Below, in pieces: positions 21,469 through 31,992 of a stretch of DNA of 64,000 bases. The translations under genes were made by a program, and so were the position numbers. Position 1 is the stretch's first letter; every line of letters begins with the position of its first letter. Source of the stretch: an uncultured delta proteobacterium (GTDB taxonomy: Bacteria > Desulfobacterota > Zymogenia > Zymogenales > Zymogenaceae); assembly GCA_963735595.1 (NCBI GenBank), contig CAVTLK010000001.1, forward strand, positions 992,001 through 1,056,000. Reading direction: 5' to 3'. Under the pieces are notes generated by a model. That model was not told the DNA's origin. It saw only the letters and a program-made list of their open reading frames with translations, and did no database searches.

Positions 21469-22617
21469 CTAACCACTGCGCCGCCGGGCCGTCCTGACCA
21501 GGAGGATCACGAGGATCGCCGCCGCCAGCACGATCGCGACGATCGAAAGCGCCCGGAACGCGATGGAAAAGACCTTCTCCGTCCGTTCCTTCTTGTGGAA
21601 ATCGTAGAGGGCCATGGTATCCACCGGCGGATTGGTAGACGCCAGGAACTCCTTTTTGCCTGTAATCTGTTCCCCGCCGTAGTAGAGGCTCACCCCCAGG
21701 GTATGGAAGAGGACTACGCCGTCGGGCCGGGCCGGGAACGGGGAGACGAACGATATCCGGTACTGGCTGTGGATCTGCTCGGAGATGAGCCGGTAAATCG
21801 CCTCAAGACCGGAGGGACCGGGTGCAAAAAAGGCCCGCCCGCCGGTCCCGTCGGCGATCTTTTTCAGGATGGTCCGGTTGGCGTCACCCCCGAGCCCCAC
21901 GGTGATCACGACCGACCTCGCCTTGCCCGCCGCCGCGATCGCGTCGGCGTCGGTGGCCGGGCTGTTGGCCTTATCGTTCCTGCCGTCGGTGAGGATGACA
22001 ACAATGCGCCTGCCCACAGGCGCCGCATCGAGGATCTTCGACGAATCTATGATCGCCTGGTAGAGCGCCGTATCTCCCTTGTATGTGAGTCCCCTGACCG
22101 CCTTGGTCAGGGCGTCTTTGTCGTCGGTCAGCCCGAGGTTGACATAGACGTCCTGGTCAAACGTCACGAGTGCCGCCTTGTCTCCCGGTTTCAGTAGCCC
22201 GATGAAGGACTCGGCCGCACGCTTGGCGGCTTCAAGGGGCGCCCCGGCCATGCTCCCTGAGATATCGACGGCGATCACAACCGACAGCGGATCGGTGACC
22301 GGGTCGGCCTCGATGATCGTGAGGCCCGACACCTCCGTTCCCTCTTCCGTTACCGCGAGGTCTCCGATTGAGACGAGATTGATGGGCTGCCCCGCGGGAT
22401 CGGTCACCGAGAGGTATGCCGAGATCGTGGGGTACTTTTCGAGGTTAAGGTCGGAAAACGTAACCGTCCCGACCCGCTCCTCCCCCACCGGCACGGACGG
22501 GGTGGGGATGGGCCCCTCAGCCGACAGGGCCGGGAAAACCGTGAGCGCGGCCGCTGCCGCAACAGAGATAGCCCCGATCAGTGAAAAAAAGACGAAGCGA
22601 GAACCTTTGGTATTCAT
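21469..22617 (-). CDS. Extracytoplasmic vWA-domain protein with C-terminal TM anchor
   Basis: Signal peptide, MIDAS DISGS...GDT...LTDG, C-terminal TM followed by RTARRR. Confidence 0.9.
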   Translation of the reverse strand: MNTKGSRFVFFSLIGAISVAAAAALTVFPALSAEGPIPTPSVPVGEERVGTVTFSDLNLEKYPTISAYLSVTDPAGQPINLVSIGDLAVTEEGTEVSGLTIIEADPVTDPLSVVIAVDISGSMAGAPLEAAKRAAESFIGLLKPGDKAALVTFDQDVYVNLGLTDDKDALTKAVRGLTYKGDTALYQAIIDSSKILDAAPVGRRIVVILTDGRNDKANSPATDADAIAAAGKARSVVITVGLGGDANRTILKKIADGTGGRAFFAPGPSGLEAIYRLISEQIHSQYRISFVSPFPARPDGVVLFHTLGVSLYYGGEQITGKKEFLASTNPPVDTMALYDFHKKERTEKVFSIAFRALSIVAIVLAAAILVILLVRTARRRSG

Positions 22618-22691
22618 CGTATGTTCCCTCTCATTGGTATTCCATATGGTGTTACGATAAGATCTCAGGGATCTGCCGGCCGCCGGCATCC

Positions 22692-24860
22692 CTATTTCAG
22701 CGCGTAGATGCCTCCCGATCCGTCACAGAAATAGACGACACCGTTCACGACGCACGGGGAGGCCCGAACCGGGCTTCCCGCCGCGTGGCGCCATAGCTCC
22801 CGGCCGCTTTTCGCGTCAAGGACGTACAGGTTCCCGTCGTCGCTCCCGAACAATACGGCGTTCCCAACCACAACGGGCGAGGAGACTACCGCCCCCCCCG
22901 AAACGAACCGCCAGATAAGCGTGCCGTCGGCCGTCGAGAGGGCATAGAGCCCCCCATCGTCGCTGCCGACGAAGACCGTCTCCCCTGTTACCGCGGGAGA
23001 ACTGAGTACCTGGCCACCCGTCTCGAACCGCCACAGGATCGCTCCGTCTCCGACGCCCGCCGCATACACGAACCGATCCCATCGACCGAAATAGACCCGG
23101 TCAAGCCGGACCGCCGGCGAAGACGTGATCGCACCTTCTCCCGAAAGCCGCCAACGCTCCCGGCCCGTGGCTGCATCCAGCACGGTGAGGATACCCCCGC
23201 CGCTGGCCACGTAAACGATCCCTTCGGCGACCGCCACGGTCCCGTGGACGGAACCCTCCACCGAACCCCTCCACTTCTCCTTGCCCGTTGCCGCGTCCAG
23301 CGAAAAGACTGCGCCGTCATAGGACCCGCAGTATACCATCCCATCGACGATGACCGGAGATGAGCCGATCTCGCCACCCGCCGCGTAGCGCCATATCTCC
23401 GCTCCCGTTTCCGCTTCGACGGAAACGAGCTTCCCCCCGAATGTGCCGAAACATACTATCCCGTCGGCTACGGCCGGAGAAGAGTAGACGGGACTTCCCG
23501 CCCGTGACCGCCACCACACTGTGCCGGTAGCCGCGTCCAAGCAATAGAGGTACCCATCCCCCCCTCCCGCATAGACCCTTCCGCCGGACACCGCGGGCGT
23601 TGAGAACGGCGCCCCGATCGGGTCGGATTTCCAGAGGAGGGCGGGCCGGTCCCCGGGTACCGTCCCATCGTAGGCGCCGGTCCCCGCGGGACTGCCTCGA
23701 TACACCGGAACATACCCGCCGGGCGGAAGCGGCGTCACGGCCTCGGGGGTGAGCACTACCGGCGCCCGGGGTGTCCGTTCTTCTCCCGGCCCTTCATTCC
23801 GCCCGTCCCTCATCACCCAGAACATCCAGGCAATGAGGCTGACGATCGTCAGGATGACTAAAAGACAGCAGGCCCGGAAGACTTTCTTCAGCCACGCGGC
23901 AAAGCCTGTGCCCCGTTTTTCTTTTTTCGGGATTTTCCGGGGGACGCTCGTTTTCTTTGTCTTGCCGAAGAGCTTCTTCAACGCGCGCATGACCGACGGT
24001 CCCTTCCGAAGCCCCGCCCTGACATCCCTGAGAAATTCCTCGGCACTCTTGTATCGGTCGGCCCGGTTACGCGCCACGGCCTTGTTCACGATATCGGCCG
24101 CCCAGCCGGGAAGCCGCCGCCTGATCCGGCCGACGGGAGGCGCCGGCTCGCTCAGGATCTTTGAGATCGATGCGACGCTCGATCCCATCCTGAAGGGAGA
24201 GCGGCCCGTCAGCATCTCGTAAACGACCAGGCCCAGGGAATATACGTCGGTCCTCTTGTCGAGCCGCTCGCCTTTCACCTGCTCTACGCTCATGTATTCC
24301 GGTGTGCCGAGCGCCGTGCCGGTTGTCGTGAGCCCGGACCCGCCGATCATTTTCGCGATCCCGAAATCGGTGATGACGGCGCGTCCCTTACTATCGACGA
24401 TAATATTGGAGGGCTTGATGTCCCGATGCAGAATCCCTTTCTTATGTGCGTACGCAAGGCCTTCGGCCACCCGGACGGCGATTTGAAAGGTCTGCCTCAC
24501 CGAGAGGGGGGCCCGTTCGGCGATGATCTTGGCCAGGTCCCTGCCGGGGAGAAGCTCCATGGCGATATAGAACGTATCGTAGGTTCTTCCGCTCCCGAGA
24601 ACCCTGATAATGTTCGGGTGATCGAGTGAAGCCATTACGGCGGCCTCGTTCTTGAAGCGGCGGATAAGTTTTGTATCGTGGGATAGCGAAGGCGGGAGTA
24701 TCTTAACGGCGACGTCCCTCTTCCTGCGGAGGTCACGGGCGCGATAGACCGAGCCCATCCCCCCGTCGGCGATCTTTGAGACGATCTGCCACCGTTGATC
24801 GATAACGGTTTTGATAAAGGGATCGCCTTTTCCCACGAGCCTCCCCCGTGCCAACCGCAA
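22692..24860 (-). CDS. Hanks-type Ser/Thr kinase - TM - PQQ/BamB-like beta-propeller (start possibly GTG ~24836)
   Basis: GGMGSVY, VAVK, HRDIKPSN, DFGIAK, GTPEYMS; TM; repeated SSPAV..G.V..GS.DG.LYALDA.TG...W. Confidence 0.93.
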   Translation of the reverse strand: MRLARGRLVGKGDPFIKTVIDQRWQIVSKIADGGMGSVYRARDLRRKRDVAVKILPPSLSHDTKLIRRFKNEAAVMASLDHPNIIRVLGSGRTYDTFYIAMELLPGRDLAKIIAERAPLSVRQTFQIAVRVAEGLAYAHKKGILHRDIKPSNIIVDSKGRAVITDFGIAKMIGGSGLTTTGTALGTPEYMSVEQVKGERLDKRTDVYSLGLVVYEMLTGRSPFRMGSSVASISKILSEPAPPVGRIRRRLPGWAADIVNKAVARNRADRYKSAEEFLRDVRAGLRKGPSVMRALKKLFGKTKKTSVPRKIPKKEKRGTGFAAWLKKVFRACCLLVILTIVSLIAWMFWVMRDGRNEGPGEERTPRAPVVLTPEAVTPLPPGGYVPVYRGSPAGTGAYDGTVPGDRPALLWKSDPIGAPFSTPAVSGGRVYAGGGDGYLYCLDAATGTVWWRSRAGSPVYSSPAVADGIVCFGTFGGKLVSVEAETGAEIWRYAAGGEIGSSPVIVDGMVYCGSYDGAVFSLDAATGKEKWRGSVEGSVHGTVAVAEGIVYVASGGGILTVLDAATGRERWRLSGEGAITSSPAVRLDRVYFGRWDRFVYAAGVGDGAILWRFETGGQVLSSPAVTGETVFVGSDDGGLYALSTADGTLIWRFVSGGAVVSSPVVVGNAVLFGSDDGNLYVLDAKSGRELWRHAAGSPVRASPCVVNGVVYFCDGSGGIYALK

Positions 24861-25102
24861 AAGAACGGGCGGTATCCTTCCCGCGGCCGCGTCCCGGGCA
24901 GATTTCAGAAAGCACCGCCCGGCGCCTGAAGAGGTGATACACGTCCCGGGTAGTCCGTGACGGAAACGGCGCAGGGAGGGCGCTCCAAGGCGGCGGCCTC
25001 CCCCCGCAGAATCATGCCGTCATCTTTCCCCTGGGGCGGAAACGGCCGGTACTCTGCTCAACAAAACCGGGCGTTTCCCGCACCTTCGTCGGCCGGCCCG
25101 GA

Positions 25103-25963
25103 CTATTTAAGGAAGACGATCTTCCCCTTGATTACCCCAAACTGTATCTCATCGCCTTCGGAAAGCTCGCGCTCGTCGCTTATAGTCTCGCCGTTAACAC
25201 GGGTGGGATTAGTGAGGCTCACGTTATTGATGCTGTATTTTCCTCCGCTATAACGGATGCGGGCATGTTCGCGTGACACGCTCTTGTCGGTGAAGCGGAT
25301 GTTGCCCTTCTCCCTTCCAATCAGGTTTTCCATGACGAGGACGATTTTTTCTCCCTGCCTCTCTCCCGAGATGATCTCAAGCTGGGCCGCGTTCGTGGGT
25401 ACCTTGTCGGTCTTGGCGGCGCCACCGTACTCGGTCATCCGCACCTTCTCGGTTCGGCCCGACCCCTCGGTAACCGACGTGCCCCTGGTGCGCGTTAGGG
25501 TAGGCTCCATCTTCTCTTCCTTAAACGATGGTCTCCTGAGGATCATGATGAAGACCACGATGAGGATGAGCACGACTGCCGCCGCGATGATTGCCCATAC
25601 GGAGACGGGCAGCCCCCCTGATACCACTTTCAGCTCCCGGACATACGGGGTTTGAGTGGTCGGGTCGACCTGGACAACCCCCTCTATCGTGACAACCGCA
25701 CCGGGGGCGGGGGGATTATAGGTAAGCACGGTGATCGATCCGAAGCTATCGTCGGTCAAGACGAAGGAACCGGGCGTCGTCGGTCCGGCTGGATTGGACT
25801 CCTGGACACGGCCCGAGATAACGACCGTCATGTTCATGAACCTGGTTGGATTATTGATGATGTCGCTGATGTAGGTGATGTTCTGGGCCAAAGCCAGGGA
25901 TGAGAAAAAGATGACTAACGACACGAGACAACAGAAAAACAGGATACCCCTTTTTCCTCTCAT
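25103..25963 (-). CDS. Single-pass protein: extracytoplasmic OB-fold-like domain - TM - FHA
   Basis: Signal peptide; VVISGRV...FVLTDDSFGSITV...VTIEGVV; TM; FHA residues IGR...SVSREHA...NPTRVNG; AAGGAGG RBS. Confidence 0.85.
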   Translation of the reverse strand: MRGKRGILFFCCLVSLVIFFSSLALAQNITYISDIINNPTRFMNMTVVISGRVQESNPAGPTTPGSFVLTDDSFGSITVLTYNPPAPGAVVTIEGVVQVDPTTQTPYVRELKVVSGGLPVSVWAIIAAAVVLILIVVFIMILRRPSFKEEKMEPTLTRTRGTSVTEGSGRTEKVRMTEYGGAAKTDKVPTNAAQLEIISGERQGEKIVLVMENLIGREKGNIRFTDKSVSREHARIRYSGGKYSINNVSLTNPTRVNGETISDERELSEGDEIQFGVIKGKIVFLK

Positions 25964-26427
25964 GCTCTCCTCCTTACTAAAGGGAATCGGTTTCTAACGT
26001 TACTACGGCCTTGGATACCGACGGCGGACCGCGAAGGTCGGAGATACTCTCTCACAGATGGAAGGCCGCATTCAGATTGAGGTGAGCCCGTGGCTCACCC
26101 GAAAATGACTATCCGGGAGAAAGCACATCAATGAAATCCTCGCTATTACCCCGAATGCGGGCAAATATAAAGGAATGGATACACAGATATCTCCCATACC
26201 GATGTTTGACAAAGCTGAAGTGCCACATGTTCCCGCCGATAAGGTTAAATCTCCCTAATCGTTTGAAACGGGCTGAGGAGCCGTTCGGGCAAACGTATCG
26301 TCTCATTTTAAGAGGACTGGCACGGCTCACGTGAAGTTTTGCTTTTCGGAGGGTATTACGAGGCAGATTATAATAGTAACGAGGGGGAAAAGACAGGTCT
26401 CGATTCTCCGTCAAGATATGTTTATTT

Positions 26428-26472
26428 TGGCGCGCCCGGCAGGAATCGAACCGACGACCCACGAATTAGAAG
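26428..26472 (-). mobile_element. 3' fragment of tRNA-Arg(UCU), probable attachment-site duplication
   Basis: Minus strand CTTCTAATTCGTGGGTCGTCGGTTCGATTCCTGCCGGGCGCGCCA = anticodon loop, T-arm and CCA end; 5' half absent. Confidence 0.8.
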
Positions 26473-26524
26473 CAGGTCATTCTTGACGATAATCTATAGA
26501 CATCATTCTTCTTTCAATTCCCGA

Positions 26525-26592
26525 CGATGCCCTGGAATACCTCAGAATACCCCGTAATCCCCCGGGTTTTGTAACACTTTTTGTAACGCTTT
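26525..26592. repeat. Short phased direct repeats next to the att site
   Basis: CGATGCC/GAATACC/GAATACC/TAATCCC at 10-bp spacing (26525-26561); TTTTGTAAC at 26567 and 26579. Confidence 0.6.
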
Positions 26593-26711
26593 CGGATAAG
26601 CTGATCGGGATATTCTTTATCTGTACTGACTGTAACCCAATTACATCGAAAATCTGATTAATGACCGGGACATCCAAACCGATATCGTGAGGACAATCAG
26701 GTAAATATAGT

Positions 26712-26729
26712 GATTGCAATATTGCAATC
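26712..26729. promoter_or_regulatory. Perfect 18-bp palindrome upstream of the sigma54 activator
   Basis: GATTGCAATATTGCAATC. Confidence 0.65.
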
Positions 26730-26742
26730 TTTCTGCTAAGAT

Positions 26743-28128
26743 GTGAGAATGACTGCGAAACAACATGGAAAGGCGGCCCGGAAAGAGGAATTCTTCGACA
26801 TAATCCTCGACAGCGTCGCCGACGGCGTCTTTACCATTGACAACGATAACACCATTACCTCATTCAACACCGCGGCGGAGCGTATAACGGGTGTTTCCCG
26901 TCACGAAGCCGTCGGGAGGAAATGCCACGATATCTTTCACGCGAGCATCTGTGTACACGATTGCGCCCTCAAGAAGACTATTGCTTCCGGACAAGCAGTC
27001 ATTGACCAAAAGATCAACATCATCAACGCCGACGGAGAGAGAATCCCGATTACCATCAGCACCGCCGTGCTTCGAGACAAGGGGGGCGTTATACTCGGTG
27101 GGGTTGAAACCTTCCGCGATCTTTCAGTCATCGAGGCGCTCAAAAAGGAGATCGCCTCCAACTACACCTTCGAAGACATCATCAGCAAGAACAGGAAGAT
27201 CCTCGACATTTTCGATATACTGCCCGACATTGCCGAGAGCGAAAGCACCGTTCTCATCGAGGGGAAAAGTGGAACGGGCAAGGAGCTGTTCGCCCGGGCG
27301 ATCCATCATCTCTCTCCCCGCAACGACGGACCGTTTCTTGCGGTCAATTGCGGCGCGCTTCCCGACACGCTCCTTGAATCCGAGCTGTTTGGCTATGTAA
27401 AGGGCGCGTTTACCAACGCCGTAAAGGATAAGCCGGGCCGTTTCGAGCTTGCCAAAGGCGGCACCATGCTGCTGGACGAGATCGGCGAAATGCCGCAGGC
27501 CCTCCAGGTAAAGCTGTTGAGGGTGATCCAGGAAAAAGAGTATGAACCGCTCGGCTCTGTCAAGAAGGTCAAGGCTGACGTTCGTATTATTGCGTCCACA
27601 AACAAGGATCTAAAACAGGAGGTAGAGCGAGGTAATTTCCGTACCGACCTTTTCTTCCGCCTGAACGTAATGAGGCTGCGGATTCCTGATCTTTCCGAGC
27701 GTAAAGAAGATATCCCGATCCTCATCGATCACTTCGTTGAAAAGATGTCACGGAAACTGGGCAAGGAGATCGTCGGGGTAAGCGACGAAGTACTGGACCG
27801 TCTCATGCGTTACGACTTTTCGGGAAACGTGAGGGAACTGGAAAACATCATTGAGCACGGTGCGGTTCTCTGCCGGTCGGGTTTGATTACCGCAGGAGAT
27901 CTTCCTCAGGAGATATTCGAAGGAGTCGCTCTCGACGATGTTTCTGCGAGTGGAGTGCAAATCTCTGCTGATCCGCGCGACTGCAGGGTCGTGGCGGCAG
28001 AGGCCGAGAGACGGGTTATCGCGGATACACTCGCCCGTTTTAAGGGAAGCAGAGTGAAGACCGCTCAAGCCCTCAACCTGGATAAGTCCACCCTCTGGAG
28101 AAAGATGAAGAAGCACCAGTTACTTTAA
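26743..28128 (+). CDS. orpR: PAS-domain sigma54-dependent activator, OrpR-like
   Basis: PAS with CX8CX3C (CHDIFHASICVHDC), GKSGTGKE, GAFTNA, LLDEIGE, Fis-type HTH; adjacent to Orp-type genes. Confidence 0.85.
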   Translation: MRMTAKQHGKAARKEEFFDIILDSVADGVFTIDNDNTITSFNTAAERITGVSRHEAVGRKCHDIFHASICVHDCALKKTIASGQAVIDQKINIINADGERIPITISTAVLRDKGGVILGGVETFRDLSVIEALKKEIASNYTFEDIISKNRKILDIFDILPDIAESESTVLIEGKSGTGKELFARAIHHLSPRNDGPFLAVNCGALPDTLLESELFGYVKGAFTNAVKDKPGRFELAKGGTMLLDEIGEMPQALQVKLLRVIQEKEYEPLGSVKKVKADVRIIASTNKDLKQEVERGNFRTDLFFRLNVMRLRIPDLSERKEDIPILIDHFVEKMSRKLGKEIVGVSDEVLDRLMRYDFSGNVRELENIIEHGAVLCRSGLITAGDLPQEIFEGVALDDVSASGVQISADPRDCRVVAAEAERRVIADTLARFKGSRVKTAQALNLDKSTLWRKMKKHQLL

Positions 28129-28350
28129 TAATCCTGGACTGGTATCGTAAAACCTACCCGTTATCTACGAATCATTAGCCTGCTCAAGACGAGTCAAATA
28201 GTATCATTTCTGCAATTATCTATTCTCAGATGATTGCATTTATGAACCCATATTTCTCGCCATCCCACATGCCGAAATTCCCGGCGCTGATCATGTTTCT
28301 AATATATTGAATTGACTGCTATTTCCAGACATGTTTCTCTGCCCGGCGAT

Positions 28351-28366
28351 TGGCACGACTGTTGCA
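28351..28366 (+). promoter_or_regulatory. Sigma54 (-24/-12) promoter
   Basis: TGGCACGACTGTTGCA, consensus match, directly upstream of ATG 28381. Confidence 0.85.
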
Positions 28367-28380
28367 AACTATCAAGAGGT

Positions 28381-28782
28381 ATGGATGGAGCCACTTATCG
28401 AATTGCCGTTCCTCTCCTGGAAGAACGTATCGCACCGAGGTTTGATACGGCCCAGAGGATGCTCTTTGTGACCATATCCGATGAACGGATTGTGAGCCGG
28501 GAGATCGTCCGCCTTATCGGGATCCATCCGCTCCAGATGGCCCACTGGCTGAAAAAAGAGGGCGTAGACGTTTTTATCTGTTCGGCAATTGACGTGATTA
28601 CATGGCAGAGCATGACAAACCTCGGAATAACCGTCTATTCGCGGATAGCCGGCGACGCGGTCGGCGCGGTTGAGGCCTTTATCCGGGGAACGCTCGACGA
28701 GATGTCCATCCCCTGTATGGGAAGAGGCGTCGGGTGCAGGCGCAGGAGATGGAGGGGTACGGAAGACAAGAACAATCCGTAG
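28381..28782 (+). CDS. NifB/NifX (Orange protein-like) family protein
   Basis: RIAVP...IAPRFDTA...GVDVFICSAI; basic Cys/Gly/Arg tail. Confidence 0.8.
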   Translation: MDGATYRIAVPLLEERIAPRFDTAQRMLFVTISDERIVSREIVRLIGIHPLQMAHWLKKEGVDVFICSAIDVITWQSMTNLGITVYSRIAGDAVGAVEAFIRGTLDEMSIPCMGRGVGCRRRRWRGTEDKNNP

Positions 28783-28803
28783 CATATGAAAGGAGGTATG
28801 GAT

Positions 28804-29184
28804 ATGCCGAGAGGAGACAGAACCGGTCCCCAGGGAATGGGACCGCGAACCGGAAGGGGAATGGGGTATTGTTCGGGCTTCGATGTGCCGGGATTCATGA
28901 ACTCGGCTTCCGGAGCCGTTGGTAGGTTCTTTTCCGGCGGCCTTGGGCTTGCCCGGGGCCGGGGAAGAGCGATACCCGGATACGGGATGAGGATGGCATG
29001 GGGACGGGGAACAGGGCGTGGACGGGGTTACAGCTCCTTTCACTCCTATCCTGAAGCCGTGCCTCTCACACCGCTGAGTGCGGAAGAGGAAAAGACATTC
29101 ATACAGAGCAGTATCACGGCGCTTAAATCCCGACTTGAGGAGATGGAAAAGAGACTTTCCGAGCTTTCGGAAAACAACAACTAA
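28804..29184 (+). CDS. DUF5320 family protein
   Basis: MPRGDRTGPQGMGPRTGRGMGYC, Gly/Arg-rich middle, C-terminal coiled coil; AAGGAGG RBS. Confidence 0.88.
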   Translation: MPRGDRTGPQGMGPRTGRGMGYCSGFDVPGFMNSASGAVGRFFSGGLGLARGRGRAIPGYGMRMAWGRGTGRGRGYSSFHSYPEAVPLTPLSAEEEKTFIQSSITALKSRLEEMEKRLSELSENNN

Positions 29185-29193
29185 GTACCTCGC

Positions 29194-29223
29194 GAGCAGG
29201 GGGGCGTGTTCCCCCCTGCTTGC
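29194..29223 (+). terminator. GC-rich hairpin after the DUF5320 gene
   Basis: AGCAGGGGGG-CGTGTT-CCCCCCTGCT stem; weak U-tract. Confidence 0.45.
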
Positions 29224-29359
29224 CCGTAACGGGTTGAGGGTATGAAAAGGACCTGTTGTCTTGATAAGCACATACTATAGTACCGGCATATTATTCATAC
29301 ATCTCTTTTGTATCCGGCATTTTGCATTTTTTGTCGAAATAGGATGATGAGGTAAGAGT

Positions 29360-30652
<1,293 letters not shown>

Positions 30653-30720
30653 TATCTGGAGAAACTGGAGTCATCCCGCTCTCTGATGGGTCTGTCTCCA
30701 GTCACATGTGGAGGAATAAT

Positions 30721-31674
30721 ATGAAACAAGCCCTCAGAGAAGTCGACAAGGTCGAGATTCTTACCTTACAGGATAACTATGTCGATCTGGTCTCTCGTGA
30801 TAATACCGAGGTAGTCTTGAGGGCGATGCCCCTCAAGGACATGCAGGTGAAGAACTCGATCCTGGCCGAACACGGGTTTTCCTCCGTCGTTACCGTAACC
30901 GGTAACGGCGAGTCACGGAGCATCCTCTTTGATTTCGGTTTTTCCGCCCACGGGGCAGCATTCAACGCCGACGCCCTCGGAGTCGATCTTTCGAAGATCG
31001 AGGCGTGCGTCATCTCCCACGGCCACCTTGACCACGTGGGGGGGATGGAGGAACTGGCGGGAAATATCGGAAGGAAGGGGATTCCGCTGGTCGTCCACCC
31101 CGAGGCCTTCAGAAACCCGAGATACCTCAAGATCACCGACCAGTTCAAGGTCTTCTTCCCTCCCCTGACCAGGGAGCGGGCTGACACCGCGGGTCTTTCG
31201 TTGAAGGCGACAAAAGAGCCCCGCGGCCTGCTGGATGATACCGTCATCTTTCTCGGAGAAGTGCCCCGCAAGACGGCGTTCGAAAAAGTGGGGCAGGATT
31301 TCTGTTACGAAAAGGACGGCAAGGAGCTGTGGGACGACATCATCGACGACTCTGCGATCGCCGTCAACCTGAAGGGGAAGGGCCTCGTGCTGCTGTCTGG
31401 ATGCGCACACTCGGGGATTATCAATACACTCCAATATGCGCAGGAGGTGACCGGCCAGTATAAGATCCATGCCGTCATGGGCGGGTTTCACCTCAACGGC
31501 GCGGACGCGGACGCCGTCGTGGGCCCGACGGTACAGGGGCTGATTGATGCCGACCCGGCATACATAGTCCCTACACACTGCACGGGAAGGAAGGAAGTAA
31601 TGGAAATCGAACGGCGCATGCCGGATCAATTCCTTCTCAATATGGTCGGCACGAAGTTGACCTTTTCGGCATAG
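30721..31674 (+). CDS. MBL-fold metallo-hydrolase (MJ0301-like)
   Basis: AEHGFS, ILFDFG, SHGHLDHVGG, GCAHSGIIN, GGFHL, HCTG. Confidence 0.9.
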   Translation: MKQALREVDKVEILTLQDNYVDLVSRDNTEVVLRAMPLKDMQVKNSILAEHGFSSVVTVTGNGESRSILFDFGFSAHGAAFNADALGVDLSKIEACVISHGHLDHVGGMEELAGNIGRKGIPLVVHPEAFRNPRYLKITDQFKVFFPPLTRERADTAGLSLKATKEPRGLLDDTVIFLGEVPRKTAFEKVGQDFCYEKDGKELWDDIIDDSAIAVNLKGKGLVLLSGCAHSGIINTLQYAQEVTGQYKIHAVMGGFHLNGADADAVVGPTVQGLIDADPAYIVPTHCTGRKEVMEIERRMPDQFLLNMVGTKLTFSA

Positions 31675-31697
31675 CCGCATCTAAACAGGAGGGTGAA

Positions 31698-31982
31698 ATG
31701 TTGATGCGTGAGAGAGGACAGGGAGGCGCCGGAGGTGGCTCCGGTTCCGGTGGTGGAATGGGACGAGGAGGTGGTGGTGGAGGCCGTGGCGGCGGAGCCG
31801 GCGGAGGTCGTGCAGGCGGCGGCGGTGGAGGCCGTGGGGCAGGTATGGGAAACCGTCCCGGCTCCGGCCCCGGCGGAAACTGCGTCTGTCCGGCATGTGG
31901 GACGAAAGCGGCGCATCAGGCAGGCGTTCCCTGCTACCAGGTGACGTGCCCCAGCTGTGGGAAGGCGATGATGAAGGAGTAA
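31698..31982 (+). CDS. Small Gly-rich protein with C-terminal zinc ribbon
   Basis: Poly-Gly/RGG N-terminus then GPGGNCVCPACG...H..GVPC...TCPSCG; AGGAGG RBS. Confidence 0.8.
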   Translation: MLMRERGQGGAGGGSGSGGGMGRGGGGGGRGGGAGGGRAGGGGGGRGAGMGNRPGSGPGGNCVCPACGTKAAHQAGVPCYQVTCPSCGKAMMKE

Positions 31983-31992
31983 GGAGGAAGAT

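Noticed and set aside
22700..23640. Tandem DNA repeats or array
   Set aside because: Periodicity comes from protein-level PQQ propeller blades
20242..24860. TerY-P triad (vWA-PP2C-kinase) defence/stress system
   Set aside because: TerY-P components are soluble; here the vWA is exported and anchored, the kinase has a TM and propeller, and an FHA protein is added
26081..26099. Hairpin GGTGAGCC-CGT-GGCTCACC in the leader of the FHA gene as a riboswitch
   Set aside because: A single stem with no recognisable aptamer consensus
26400..26510. Intact tRNA-Arg gene
   Set aside because: No 5' acceptor strand, D-arm or 5' anticodon stem; only the 3' 45 nt are present
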